A stretch of DNA of 61,970 bases, the filler included, from Myxococcota bacterium (lineage in GTDB: Bacteria; Myxococcota; Myxococcia; Myxococcales; Myxococcaceae): assembly GCA_049322255.1 (NCBI GenBank). It is 4 parts of 4 records of this genome, joined end to end, with 100 filler letters (N's around TTAATTAATTAA, not from the genome) between each part and the next. Parts side by side here need not be neighbours in the genome. Positions count along the whole stretch, not along the records: positions 46,955 to 61,970 come from JBMORE010000102.1; 3 more parts are not named here. One strand, given 5' to 3'. Below, one piece after another: positions 46,955 to 58,138 of the stretch (position 1 is the first letter of the stretch; each line of letters opens with the position of its first letter). The notes beneath the pieces are model-generated. The model ran no database searches. It was given only the letters and a program-made list of their open reading frames with translations, and was not told the DNA's origin. A program made the translations under genes and the position numbers.

Positions 46955-48934
46955 ATGTTGCGCGCAATTCCCAACCCGGCGCTCCCGGGACAGCACTGGG
47001 TGCAGAGCTCAGTGGCGTTTCCCTCCCCAACGGGGAATCTTCACCGCGTCGCTTGCTTCGGTGCCTCCTTCTGCATGGCCCTTGCAGATGGCGCGGCCGG
47101 CCAGAACGCCTTGGTCTATTGGAACAGCGCACCGCCCTCATTCGGCCCGCTCGGGCCTTTCACCCTCGATGCGGGCGATACGACCAACGTTGCCGTGAGC
47201 GCCACCGACAACGACGGTGACGCGGTGTTCGTCTCGTGGTGGCTCCCGCCGGATGCGGGGGCGTACCCGGTGACGGTGACGCCGACCTCCGTCGACGGGA
47301 CGCGGGTGACCATCACCGCCGACCCCGACGCTGGTGCCGCCTGTCAACCCGTCGCGAGCTACCGTTATGTCGTAGGGGCATCCGATGGGCTTGCGTCGCA
47401 CGTTTTCCAGCAAGAGGTGACGGTCAATGTTTTGGGTGCACCGTGGGGTGCGCCTCTCCGGCCGGTTTTCCCCCAGAGCGCGATCATCACCGCCGGCGAC
47501 AGTGGAGTCTTTTACGACCTCGGTGCTGGTCACGACTGCGCCGGGGCGCAGGGCTTCCCGGGAACCATCACCGAATGGACGGTCGACGGCGGTCTTTCGG
47601 CTCTCAACGTAGAGCTCTTCTACCTTGACGGCGGCACGCCACCCGGTTCCCCATTCTTCGCCAACGCCGTCGAGGTCCGCTCGACCCAGGACTGCGTGGC
47701 CGGAGAACTCGGGCTCATCGGGCGCAACCAAGTCTTGGGAGATGACGCCGGAGTCTTCTCCAGCCCCTCGAATCTGACGGTGAGGGTGGAGACCTTGCTC
47801 AGGCCACTCGATGCGGGCTCCTTCTCCGTCACCGCTGCTTATGACCCCGCCACTGCTACGGCATCGGGAATGCTCGATGCCGGTCTCAACTGCACCCACC
47901 TTCGCGATCTCACGGCACAGGTGCGCATCGAGCGTGCGGACGGAGGGGGAGAAGTCGCCAGCGGATTTTTCCCGGTAAACGGCCCCTGGGAGCTGAAAAT
48001 CACTGAAGGCTGTGCCGACGGCAAGTACGCCGTCACCGCCGCGCTTTTCGACAAAGATGCCGGAACCGGCGTGACGGCTCCAAACGAGCTCACCACGGGC
48101 TTTCTCCCCGCGGGGGTGGGCGAGGTGAGCAGCCGCACGCTCAGCGCGGCTTGTGGCACGGGAGCGATGGGCCAGACCTCGGTGCTTGCAGCAGGGCCGG
48201 GCTTTTGCCCCACCTCCACCCACCGCTGGGTTCAGCTCGATGGCCCAGCGCTCCTCGAGCCGGCGCTCTTTGGAGACGAGGTCACCTTGCACTCGGCGAG
48301 CTCCGACCTGGACGCGCTGGTGGGACAAAAAGTGACGATGCGCGTCACCGCCGAGGCGAGCCCGGGCAACCAGGCATCGGAGGATGTCGTCTACACCATT
48401 GTCGCTGACCCGCCGTTCGTGCGCGTGCAGCGCGAGACGGACACGCCGATCGCCTCCGAGGGCGGTCTGGTCGGTATTTCAGTCACGCTCCTCAACGAGA
48501 CCGACTGCGGCGTCTCGGAGGTCGTTTACGAAGAAGCGCTCGACGGTCTTCGCTACGTCGAAGGCTCGGCGCGCGTCGACGGAACCAAAGTCGAGGCCCG
48601 CGGCGCCGGGAGCGTTCTTTCCGTGCATGGCGTCCGCCTACCGCCGCGCACCCCGGTGACGCTCACCTACATCGCCCGCCCGCCGTTGTTGGGAAAGCCG
48701 CGGCCCCAGGGGCTGGCGACGTTGCGGGGCGTGTCCATCTCACGCGAGGGCGAGGGCTTCGGCGCGCCCGACCGTCTCCCTCCGCCGGGGTGCGGGTGTG
48801 GCAGCGCCGGCGAAGGTTTCTGGCTGGCTGCACTTGGTTGGCTCGCCCTGCGGCGTCAAGCAGCTACAGCCAGCCGGCGACTTTGGCGGCCAGCATACGG
48901 GCGGCCTCGCGCAGCGGCTTGCCGTCGGCGGTGA
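46955..48934 (+). CDS. Large surface protein (5' truncated) with Ig-like/DUF11-like domains and MYXO-CTERM-like tail
   Basis: Beta-rich, ATDNDGD, GLRYVEGSARVDG (DUF11-like), many DAG/DGG motifs, GCGCGSAG followed by a hydrophobic segment and RR. Confidence 0.7.
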   Translation: MLRAIPNPALPGQHWVQSSVAFPSPTGNLHRVACFGASFCMALADGAAGQNALVYWNSAPPSFGPLGPFTLDAGDTTNVAVSATDNDGDAVFVSWWLPPDAGAYPVTVTPTSVDGTRVTITADPDAGAACQPVASYRYVVGASDGLASHVFQQEVTVNVLGAPWGAPLRPVFPQSAIITAGDSGVFYDLGAGHDCAGAQGFPGTITEWTVDGGLSALNVELFYLDGGTPPGSPFFANAVEVRSTQDCVAGELGLIGRNQVLGDDAGVFSSPSNLTVRVETLLRPLDAGSFSVTAAYDPATATASGMLDAGLNCTHLRDLTAQVRIERADGGGEVASGFFPVNGPWELKITEGCADGKYAVTAALFDKDAGTGVTAPNELTTGFLPAGVGEVSSRTLSAACGTGAMGQTSVLAAGPGFCPTSTHRWVQLDGPALLEPALFGDEVTLHSASSDLDALVGQKVTMRVTAEASPGNQASEDVVYTIVADPPFVRVQRETDTPIASEGGLVGISVTLLNETDCGVSEVVYEEALDGLRYVEGSARVDGTKVEARGAGSVLSVHGVRLPPRTPVTLTYIARPPLLGKPRPQGLATLRGVSISREGEGFGAPDRLPPPGCGCGSAGEGFWLAALGWLALRRQAATASRRLWRPAYGRPRAAACRRR

Positions 48935-49676
48935 AGGGCGGCGTCGAACCGGCGTCGGCACCGGCCTTGAACGCGGAGCGCCACTCTTCGCGGAGCTTGG
49001 CCTTCTTGTCCTCGGGGTAGCCTGCCCAGCCGGTGCGAAGCGCTGCCCAGGAGTTGGGCATCTCCATCAGCGAGATGCGCTGCTCCTCGGAGTAGCCTTT
49101 GTAGTCCGCGGTGAGAGCGCGGGCGAAGTCGTCGAAGTACTTGCGGTCGGTTTCTGGCACCGCACCGACGCGGGCCTCTTTCACCACGAACGCCATCAGC
49201 TCGCCGAAGGCCTCTGCCGAGAGCCGGGTCAAGGGTGGCGGACCGGGGGAGAGCGTCTTGTCGCGCGCGTCTTTCACGCCCGAAATCCACTTGGCCAGCG
49301 GCTGGGTGCGGTAGCGCAGCTTGAGCGACTTCAAGTACTCGTCTTCCACCGAGGCCCGCAGCGCCTGCTTGTCGGCATCGCTGTGGTTGGCCAGGTCGTT
49401 GAAGGCGAGCACCGCGTCCTGGACGATGGTCATCTGCGGCTCACTCTTCTCGGCATAGGCCTGGGCGAGGAGGTGGGTGCCCTCGGCGCGCTGTGCGGCT
49501 GTCAGGCGCGCTGCGAACGTCCACTCGATGTAGGCGAAGAAGTCGCGCTCGGTGCCGGGCGTGAGAGCCGTCTGGGCAGGTGCCGCCACAGCAGCGGGCG
49601 TCGGGCCGGCGTCGGTGGCGTGCGCTGCGGGGGCGACGCCGAAGAGGGCGGCGAGCAGGATGGCGCGCTGGGTCAT
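48864..49676 (-). CDS. Exported alpha-helical hypothetical protein
   Basis: Signal peptide ending AHA; helical composition; host-like codon usage. Confidence 0.65.
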   Translation of the reverse strand: MTQRAILLAALFGVAPAAHATDAGPTPAAVAAPAQTALTPGTERDFFAYIEWTFAARLTAAQRAEGTHLLAQAYAEKSEPQMTIVQDAVLAFNDLANHSDADKQALRASVEDEYLKSLKLRYRTQPLAKWISGVKDARDKTLSPGPPPLTRLSAEAFGELMAFVVKEARVGAVPETDRKYFDDFARALTADYKGYSEEQRISLMEMPNSWAALRTGWAGYPEDKKAKLREEWRSAFKAGADAGSTPPFTADGKPLREAARMLAAKVAGWL

Positions 49677-49691
49677 GGATTCACCCTGGGT

Positions 49692-50960
49692 TCAAAGTCC
49701 AAAGCTGATGCGCCGTGATTTGTCGTCCTCGCGGCGCTCCTCCACAATCCCCAATAGCTCGAACGCGGCCAGACTGGCCAGTCCGTCCCTTTCGGAAAGG
49801 TCGGTCAAGGTAAGTAAATCGTCTACCGTCTTGGTGCCGTCGGTAGCGGCGAGCAAGAGCGCTTGCGCCCCCGACAGGGGCAGCGTGTGCAAGTCGTAGG
49901 GCGGATCGGGGGTCGGAAAGAGGCGGCGGCCTCGCCCCATGCGTTCTCGCAGCGACACCAGCGTCTGGGTGCGCATCACCCCTTCGAGGATGAGCGCCCC
50001 CGGAAACACCGAAAGCTTCACCAGATCTACACGGTGTGGCCGCTTGGGGGAAAAAGTGTACGTGCCCTCCGTCCAAGAGAAGGTGGACCAGATGATTTCC
50101 TTGATCTGCTCCTCGAGCAGCTGCCGTCGCTGCTCCTCGGTGATGAGGCCCAACCGCAGCATGGCTTCGCCTGTGCGCAGCCCTTCTTCCTTGGCGAGGG
50201 CGCTCACTGTGTCGAGCTCGGACTGTGGCATGAGGCCGCGCCGGGCGCAGAAACGGGCGAAGCGCTCCTGGGCGAGGTTCGACGCCGCATAGACCGGGGC
50301 GCCTCGCTCGAACTGCACCACCTTGAGGACCGATGTCGTGCCCACCGGGTGCTTGAGAATCAGCTCGCCGTCATGCCGTGCCTGGAAGTACGCGTTGAGC
50401 AGCCGGGGCACCTGGGTGGTGACCAGGTCTCCTGCCTGGGCCCAGGAAGGCACCTCGCGCCGCTTGGCGGGCCGGGGGGCATTCAGCCGCTTCCACACCT
50501 TCTCCCACTCAGCGAGCGCGGCATCGGGCTCGCCGGTGATGGCTTCGAGCGCGTGCAGCTCTTCGAGCGCCGGGCCCGGGCACTCCTCGGAAGAGCGAAT
50601 CACCGGCCCGGTGGCACGCTCGATGGTGAAAAGGAGCGTTTCCATGTCGAAAGGCTTTTCGAGGAAGGCGATCGCTCCGTGCTGCTCGGTGGCCTCGCGG
50701 GCGAAACGGTCGCCCTTGTACACTCCGCTGACCGCGACGGACGCCACGCTTTTCGCGCGCAGCTGGTCGAGCAGCTCCCCGCCGCGCACGTCAGGCAGGA
50801 GCAGGTCCACGACCGCCGCGTCGAACGAGCCGGTGGCGAGCGCAGCGAGCGCCGCCTGCCCGGTGTGCACCGCGCGCGCCACGTGGCCCCTGGCACGTGC
50901 AGCAGAGGCGATGAGCGACGCGAGCTCGACGTTGTCTTCGACGATGATCAGCCGCGCCAT
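49692..50960 (-). CDS. Response regulator with DUF4388 (PATAN-like) domain
   Basis: REC (IVEDN, VDLLLP, FLEKP); GDLVTTQVPRLL..FERGAPVYAASN..FSWTEGTYTF. Confidence 0.82.
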   Translation of the reverse strand: MARLIIVEDNVELASLIASAARARGHVARAVHTGQAALAALATGSFDAAVVDLLLPDVRGGELLDQLRAKSVASVAVSGVYKGDRFAREATEQHGAIAFLEKPFDMETLLFTIERATGPVIRSSEECPGPALEELHALEAITGEPDAALAEWEKVWKRLNAPRPAKRREVPSWAQAGDLVTTQVPRLLNAYFQARHDGELILKHPVGTTSVLKVVQFERGAPVYAASNLAQERFARFCARRGLMPQSELDTVSALAKEEGLRTGEAMLRLGLITEEQRRQLLEEQIKEIIWSTFSWTEGTYTFSPKRPHRVDLVKLSVFPGALILEGVMRTQTLVSLRERMGRGRRLFPTPDPPYDLHTLPLSGAQALLLAATDGTKTVDDLLTLTDLSERDGLASLAAFELLGIVEERREDDKSRRISFGL

Positions 50961-50988
50961 CGACGGCGGGCGAGCATAGCATCGACTC

Positions 50989-51375
50989 ATGAACATCTAC
51001 GGTTTCCACCACGTGGCAGTTCCCGCCGCCGACGTCGAGGCCTGTGCGGCCTTCTACCGGGAAGTCCTGGGCTTGACCGAGAAGGCTCGCCACCTTCGTG
51101 CGGATGGAAGCCTTCGCGGCGTGTGGCTTTCCATCGGGCCCGGAGAAGGCGAGGGTGGGTTCTTGGCTGTCGAGGCGCGCCCCGAGGTACCCCGACTGGG
51201 GCCCTCGATGGTTGCGTTCCGTATCGGTCAAAGGGAACGGGCGAGCGTGGTCGAAACGTTGCAGCGGCGTGGAGTGAAGGTGGTGCACCAGACACGGTGG
51301 ACGGTGTACGTCGAAGATCCAGCGGGGAACCGCGTGGGGTTGAGCCACTATCCGGCCGACCCGCTCCCGGGATAG
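50989..51375 (+). CDS. VOC / glyoxalase family protein
   Basis: FHHVAV..AAFYREVLGL, YVEDPAGNRVGL. Confidence 0.85.
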   Translation: MNIYGFHHVAVPAADVEACAAFYREVLGLTEKARHLRADGSLRGVWLSIGPGEGEGGFLAVEARPEVPRLGPSMVAFRIGQRERASVVETLQRRGVKVVHQTRWTVYVEDPAGNRVGLSHYPADPLPG

Positions 51376-51393
51376 AAGCGAACGGAAAAGAGC

Positions 51394-52545
51394 ATGCGGC
51401 TGGGCGAGTTGTTGGTGAGTGAGAAGCTGGTGACGGCCGAAGGGCTGGAGGAGGCCCTCGAGTCCCAGGTGGTGCACGGAGGACGGCTGGGCACCAACCT
51501 CCTCGAGCTGGGCCTGTTGCAGGAAGCCGACCTCGCGCGTTCCCTGGGCAGGTTGCACCAGGTGCCCTTTGCCTCCGGCGAGATGCAAGCCGACCCGAAC
51601 GCGCTGAAGCTCGTCGACCCCAACTTCGCCGACGACAAGGACTTGCTCCCCATGCGGCTGGACGCCACCAAGCTGACGGTGGTGATGATCAACCCGCGCG
51701 ATCTGGAGACCCTCGACTCCGTGGCCTTCAAGGTGGGCCGGCGCGTGGTGCCGGTGGTCATCCCCGAATTTCGGATGAACCAACTCTTGCGCCGCTACTG
51801 CAAGGCCTTTCGGCCCATGCGCGCCATCGACATGAACGTGGTGCGGCCCTCGCGCACGCTGGCGGGCAAGGAGGAAAAAGAAGCGGCGCCCGCGGACTTG
51901 ATGAGCGACGAGGAGTTTCAAAACCTCTACGCCAAGGCGCTCAGCGGAGGTGCCTCCGCCGCCGTCGAAGTGGAAGAAGAGCTGCCCAGCGCCGAGATCG
52001 TCGTCGAGCCGACCCCGGTGGGGCCTCCCCCTCAGTTGCCCCCCCTGGCGGTCGCCCCCGGCCTGGAGTTTGCCGACGCGCAGAAGCTGCTCCAGGCGAG
52101 CAACGACCGCGAGGACATTGCCCGTACCCTCTTGCGCTTTGCGGTTTCCAAATGGAAGCGCGCGCTTTTGCTCTCGGTACAGGGGAGCCTGGTCACCGGC
52201 TGGCACGGAGTGGGCCAGGGGTTACGCCACCAGGCGGTGCGACGGATTGGCATCGCGCTCAAGGGCCAGAGCACCTTCCAGCTCGTGTGCGCCACGCGCT
52301 CCCACTACATCGGCCCGATGAAGCGCGACGCGGGCACGGCGGTGTTTTACAAGCTTTTGGGTGGCGGGTTTCCCACCACCGCGGTGCTGCTGCCCCTTTT
52401 GGTTCGCGGCAAGGTCGTGCACCTGCTCTATCTGGACAACGGGCCCGACGAGCTCACGCCTCCTGACGTCGGCGAGCTGCTCATCCTGTCGCAGAACGTG
52501 GCCCGTTCGTACGAGGTGCTGATGAAGCGAAGAAAGGACGCCTGA
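51394..52545 (+). CDS. MshEN / GSPII_N-domain protein lacking the ATPase domain
   Basis: Tandem RLGELLV..LEEALESQ and RLGTNLLELGLL motifs; no Walker A; GAF-like C-terminus (LLPLLVRGKVVHLLYLD). Confidence 0.8.
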   Translation: MRLGELLVSEKLVTAEGLEEALESQVVHGGRLGTNLLELGLLQEADLARSLGRLHQVPFASGEMQADPNALKLVDPNFADDKDLLPMRLDATKLTVVMINPRDLETLDSVAFKVGRRVVPVVIPEFRMNQLLRRYCKAFRPMRAIDMNVVRPSRTLAGKEEKEAAPADLMSDEEFQNLYAKALSGGASAAVEVEEELPSAEIVVEPTPVGPPPQLPPLAVAPGLEFADAQKLLQASNDREDIARTLLRFAVSKWKRALLLSVQGSLVTGWHGVGQGLRHQAVRRIGIALKGQSTFQLVCATRSHYIGPMKRDAGTAVFYKLLGGGFPTTAVLLPLLVRGKVVHLLYLDNGPDELTPPDVGELLILSQNVARSYEVLMKRRKDA

Positions 52546-52596
52546 GGCGTTTGGGTTGCAGACGGGCGAGAGCGACCAGGGAGGTCATCAGAAACC

Positions 52597-53916
<1,320 letters not shown>

Positions 53917-53995
53917 GGCGTCGTTCTTCACCACATGTTCGAGCCTTCTCAAGCGTTTTCGCGCGAGGAAGGGCTTCTTGATCTATAGAGGCCGC

Positions 53996-54658
53996 ATGCG
54001 TCGCCTGCCCGCCCTGGTCCTCGTCTTCGTTGTTTCCAACCCCGTCTTCGCCAATGAGAGCGAGGTGCAAAAGGTCGCCGAGGCCTACTTGAACGCGCTC
54101 ACCGGAGCGGGCAGCGAAGCAGGCAGGGACTTGCTCTTGGGCGGAGCGACGATGAACGCCCAGCTCTTCCTCCTCGAGAACTGGAGGGTCGTCAGCAAAG
54201 ACCCGGTGCAGAAGGAAGAGGGTGACTTGGCGCGCGCGATGCTGCTGATGAACGCTCTCGACAAGGAGGGGCGCGCGGCGCTCACCCGGCTGATGAACGC
54301 CGAGCAGGTGGGCAACGACCTCACCGTGCACGAGGTGTCGAAAGAAGAGGCGGCCAAGCTGATGTCTCCCACCAAGGAGAAGGCGGCCAAGTTCACCCAG
54401 ACGTATCCGGTGCTCGCGTACGTGGCCCGCGTCGGCAAGGAAGTGTACTGGCACCCGAAAAACCCGCTGCGCGCGCTGGTCGCCAAGGCGGGAAGCAGCG
54501 GCAGGTACCAGCTCGAGCTGCATCTGTGGCGCATCGAAACCAAGGAAGGACCGCGTCAAACTCCGCGCGTGTGGCCGCTGCGCATCTTGCGCTTCAGAAG
54601 CGGCAAGGTCGATACGGGGTGGAAGATTCTCCCCGCGTCCGACTGGAACGCGGAGTAG
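53996..54658 (+). CDS. Exported hypothetical protein
   Basis: Signal peptide ending VFA; strong host codon usage. Confidence 0.7.
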   Translation: MRRLPALVLVFVVSNPVFANESEVQKVAEAYLNALTGAGSEAGRDLLLGGATMNAQLFLLENWRVVSKDPVQKEEGDLARAMLLMNALDKEGRAALTRLMNAEQVGNDLTVHEVSKEEAAKLMSPTKEKAAKFTQTYPVLAYVARVGKEVYWHPKNPLRALVAKAGSSGRYQLELHLWRIETKEGPRQTPRVWPLRILRFRSGKVDTGWKILPASDWNAE

Positions 54659-54659
54659 C

Positions 54660-55679
54660 TCACGGCCAGCTGCGAAGCATCCAGCCAATCATCTTGTAGA
54701 GCAGCCGTGCAGCCACATTGCCGTCCCATTCGCCTCCCTCAGGGCCAGGCGCGACCTCGTTGAGGTCGAGGCCGACGATGCGCCGCCCGCTGCGCACCAC
54801 TCCCGCCACCAGAGCGCAAGCCTGACCAAAAGAGAGCCCGCCCGGCACGGGGGTGCCGGTGTGAGGACACAGCACCGGGTCGAGCCCGTCGATGTCGAAC
54901 GAGAGGTACACGTCTTGGGGAAGGCAGGAGATGATCTCATCGACCTGGCGGCTCCAGGGTGTGCCGTCGAACGCCGCTGCTTGCAGCTTTTGGTCGAAGA
55001 AGGTCACTACCCGTCCCTGGGAGTGCTCGATGAAGTGGTGCTCGGCCTCGCCCACGTCACGAACGGCCACTTGGACCAATTTGGCCACCTGGGGAATTCG
55101 TTGCGCGACGTTGAACATGATCGACGCGTGCGACCAGGTGAAGCCCTCGTACGCCTCGCGCAAGTCCGCGTGCGCGTCGAGGTGGAGCACCCCCATCCCC
55201 GGGTAACGCTCGGCGTGCGCGCGGATGCAGCCAAACGGCGTCGAGTGGTCTCCCCCGACCAGCCCCACGCGCTTGCCCGCGCCCAGCCAGCGCTGAGTCG
55301 TCTCGTAGACCCAGTGGTTCATTCGCTCGCACAGGGCGTCGATTCTCGCCAACGTTTGCCTGTCCGCCCCTTCGCCCCCGGCCTCGATGACGGGCTTGGC
55401 CAGCGCCGTCGCCTCGTCGTTCCAGGCGCGAACTTCGATGGGTTCGTCCAACATGGAGATGCCGCCCTCGTACGGCCGCCCCGTTTCGAGATCGAAGAGG
55501 TCGACTTGCCGCGAGGCCTCGAGAATGGCACGGGGGCCGGAGGCGGTGCCTTTGCCGTAGCTGGTGGTCGCCTCGAAGGGGACCGGAAGAAGCACCACCC
55601 GCGCCTCGTCGGGAGTGTGAGGCAGGCCGTAGATGCCTGAACCGGGTGCGGCTGCTGCGTCGGGGTTGAAGGGGGTCAT
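54660..55679 (-). CDS. speB: Agmatinase / ureohydrolase family
   Basis: GGDHS, HLDAHADLR, SHAS, SFDIDGLDP, TGTPVPGGL. Confidence 0.88.
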   Translation of the reverse strand: MTPFNPDAAAAPGSGIYGLPHTPDEARVVLLPVPFEATTSYGKGTASGPRAILEASRQVDLFDLETGRPYEGGISMLDEPIEVRAWNDEATALAKPVIEAGGEGADRQTLARIDALCERMNHWVYETTQRWLGAGKRVGLVGGDHSTPFGCIRAHAERYPGMGVLHLDAHADLREAYEGFTWSHASIMFNVAQRIPQVAKLVQVAVRDVGEAEHHFIEHSQGRVVTFFDQKLQAAAFDGTPWSRQVDEIISCLPQDVYLSFDIDGLDPVLCPHTGTPVPGGLSFGQACALVAGVVRSGRRIVGLDLNEVAPGPEGGEWDGNVAARLLYKMIGWMLRSWP

Positions 55680-55719
55680 GACGCCTCAGGCTCCCAGAGG
55701 GCGAGGGGAATGGAGGAAA

Positions 55720-57123
55720 TCACCGCACCTTGTTGAGCAACACGTAGGTGGTGGTGGCATCACCGCCTTGGCCGTACGTCGCGGCGAGATCCAGGTCTCC
55801 GTCGCCGTCCACATCGCCCGCGGAGAGGGTGAGTGGCGTGCCGGCGCCGGTGACTGCCTCGTAGGTCATGAAGAGGAAGGAGCCCACGTTGCGCCGTAGG
55901 TGAACCCGGTCCGCCAGGAGCCACGCCACATCCGGCCGGCCATCGAGGTCCAAGTCTCGGAAGAAGAGAGCGCTGGCGTTGCTCGCGGTCGTTGACTGCC
56001 GTTCGGCGAAGCCGGCGCCGGTGTTCTCCAGCACCTTCACCATGGTGCCGTCGAGGGTGGCCAGGTCGAGATCTCCGTCCCCATCCGCGTCGGCGGCGGC
56101 GAAGCGGGAGGGAATGAAAGGCAGCGGAATCGGCGCCGCCTCGGCAAACGTGGGTGCCAGCAGCACGCGCAGCTCGGCCGCTGCCTCCGTGACGTAAAGC
56201 AAGTCCACCAAGCCGTCACCGTCCGCGTCGCCGACGTCGGCGGCCACGATGCCCGCCCGAAGGTGCTCCTCGGCGGGGAATGGGGAGGACCCGCCGCGCC
56301 AGACGACGATAGCTCCCGCCCTCACCGGAACGCCCGAGGGACAACCGAGCGCGGCGAGATCGGCGGAACCATCGGCATCCATCCTCCCTGCGCCGATCCA
56401 CGCGAACGCCGAGCAGAGCGCACCGCCGTCAGGCGAGGGGTAGTCCTCCGCGGGAAAGCTGTTGTTCGTGTACTTGAGCCGTGTGGCGGTGCCGTCGACG
56501 TTGAGGGTGGCGATGTCGGTCTCTCCGTCGCCGTCCAAGTCGGCGGCGATGGGCGCGATGGGCAGGTGGCCGACGTTGGGCTTGCGCCCCTCCACGAAGC
56601 CCTGTTGGGTGTTGTACGGGAAGGTCTCCACGCGCGAGAAGCCGGGAACGGCGACGATGAGGTCTCCGAAGCCCTTGGGCGACAGGTCGGCGAGGGTGGA
56701 GGGGCCGCCCTGGGTTTCCTGGTGCGCGGGTCCCACCACGAAGGAGGTGGTGACGCAGTGCGACGCGGCCACCGTGCATTGGGGCGAGCACGTCTTGTAG
56801 CCCCAGCTCGCGCAGGAAAAATCACCCAGCGTGCCGTCGCACGCCTCCCCTAGGTCGAGGACGCCGTTGCCGCAGCGTTTCACGCACGCCACGGTGACGT
56901 GCTTGCACGACCCATCGCACGAGAGGCTCCCGGTGTCGAATCCCAAGCTTTGGCAGGAGGCACCGCCCAGCTCCGACCCGTCGCACTCCTCGCCCTCGTC
57001 GATTTTCCCGTCGCCGCACGTGGGGTTGGGAATCGGCAGGGGCTCGTTGCGCCGCCGCGTCAGGTCGTCACGGCAACCGACGGCGGCGAAGGCCAACAGC
57101 AGGAAAAGAAGCGAGCGAGGCAT
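55720..57123 (-). CDS. Lipoprotein with Cys-rich repeats and FG-GAP/VCBS propeller
   Basis: Lipobox AVGC; CGDGKIDEGEECDG and CGNGVLDLGEACDG; several DxDGDGxxD repeats. Confidence 0.82.
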   Translation of the reverse strand: MPRSLLFLLLAFAAVGCRDDLTRRRNEPLPIPNPTCGDGKIDEGEECDGSELGGASCQSLGFDTGSLSCDGSCKHVTVACVKRCGNGVLDLGEACDGTLGDFSCASWGYKTCSPQCTVAASHCVTTSFVVGPAHQETQGGPSTLADLSPKGFGDLIVAVPGFSRVETFPYNTQQGFVEGRKPNVGHLPIAPIAADLDGDGETDIATLNVDGTATRLKYTNNSFPAEDYPSPDGGALCSAFAWIGAGRMDADGSADLAALGCPSGVPVRAGAIVVWRGGSSPFPAEEHLRAGIVAADVGDADGDGLVDLLYVTEAAAELRVLLAPTFAEAAPIPLPFIPSRFAAADADGDGDLDLATLDGTMVKVLENTGAGFAERQSTTASNASALFFRDLDLDGRPDVAWLLADRVHLRRNVGSFLFMTYEAVTGAGTPLTLSAGDVDGDGDLDLAATYGQGGDATTTYVLLNKVR

Positions 57124-57141
57124 CGAAAGCAACCTACCACG

Positions 57142-57175
57142 CCCCTCACCCTCGCCCTCTCCCAACGGGAGAGGG
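57142..57175. repeat. REP-like palindromic element, copy 2 (intergenic)
   Basis: CCCCTCACCCTCG + CCCTCTCCC-AAC-GGGAGAGGG. Confidence 0.75.
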
Positions 57176-57197
57176 AGTGCTAAGACTCATTCTTTGA

Positions 57198-57389
57198 ATG
57201 AAGTGCCCCACCTGCCGAAAACCGGTGAAGCCCCGCGCGGAGAACCCCACCTACCCTTTCTGCAGCCAGCGCTGTAAGGCGGTGGACTTGGGTAAATGGG
57301 TCGGCGAGGAGTACCGCATTCCCACCCGCTTTGCCGACGAGCAGGAGGACGAGCTGCCGCCGGCTCCGGGTGAGGGCACCGACGCGTGA
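57198..57389 (+). CDS. yacG: DNA gyrase inhibitor YacG
   Basis: CPTC..YPFCSQRCKAVDLGKW..EYRIP. Confidence 0.92.
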   Translation: MKCPTCRKPVKPRAENPTYPFCSQRCKAVDLGKWVGEEYRIPTRFADEQEDELPPAPGEGTDA

Positions 57390-58111
57390 GCGGCTTCACC
57401 GATCTGCATTGCCATTTGCTCCACGGGCTCGACGACGGGGCAAAGTCACTCGAGGAGTCTCTGGAGATGGCGCGCGCGCTGGTCGACCTGGGCTTTTGCG
57501 CCGTCGCCGCCAGCCCGCACGCGAGGCCCGAGTACGCGCCCAAGGAGCTCGCGCTCACGCGCTTGACCGAGGTGCGCGCGGCGCTCGAGGCGGCCGGCAT
57601 CGAGCTGTCTCTCCACGAAAACGCCGAGAACTACCTGCTCGACGAGCGCCTGCTCGTAGACATCACCGGGCCCGCGTCGCGAAAGCTCGGAGAGGGGCGC
57701 TACGTGTTGATCGAGGCCCCCTACACCGCTCCGGTGCCTGCGCTGACCGACCTCATTTTTCGCCTCAAGCTCAAGGGGGTCACCCCGCTCATCGCCCACC
57801 CGGAGCGCTGCCTCGAGTTCCAGCGCAAGGGGAGGGCGGGCGAAGCGGTGCAGGCGGGAGCGGCGCTGCAGCTGGACGTGGGCGCGCTCATCGGCCGTTA
57901 CGGGCCCGAGGCGAAGCGGGTGGCCAGAGCGCTTCTCGACGAGGGCCTGTACACCGTCGGAGCGACCGACCTCCACGGCCCAATCGGCGCGCGGGAGTGG
58001 GTGGGCAAATCGCTCGAGGCGCTCCGGGCCCAGGCGGGGGAGCAGGCGTTCCTCGCGCTGATGCGGGACAACCCGGCCAAGGTGCTCGGTGGCGAGGCGC
58101 TGGAGTCCTGA
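57386..58111 (+). CDS. PHP-family protein-tyrosine phosphatase (CpsB/CapC/YwqE-like)
   Basis: DLHCHLLHGLDDGA, ASPH, IAHPER, ATDLHG; GTGA coupling to yacG. Confidence 0.88.
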   Translation: MSGFTDLHCHLLHGLDDGAKSLEESLEMARALVDLGFCAVAASPHARPEYAPKELALTRLTEVRAALEAAGIELSLHENAENYLLDERLLVDITGPASRKLGEGRYVLIEAPYTAPVPALTDLIFRLKLKGVTPLIAHPERCLEFQRKGRAGEAVQAGAALQLDVGALIGRYGPEAKRVARALLDEGLYTVGATDLHGPIGAREWVGKSLEALRAQAGEQAFLALMRDNPAKVLGGEALES

Positions 58112-58138
58112 CGTCGGTTCTGCCTATACCCCGCCGCC

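Noticed and set aside
55691..55709. CTCCCAGAGGGCGAGGGGA as a fourth REP-like copy
   Set aside because: Only a degenerate half match without the full stem.
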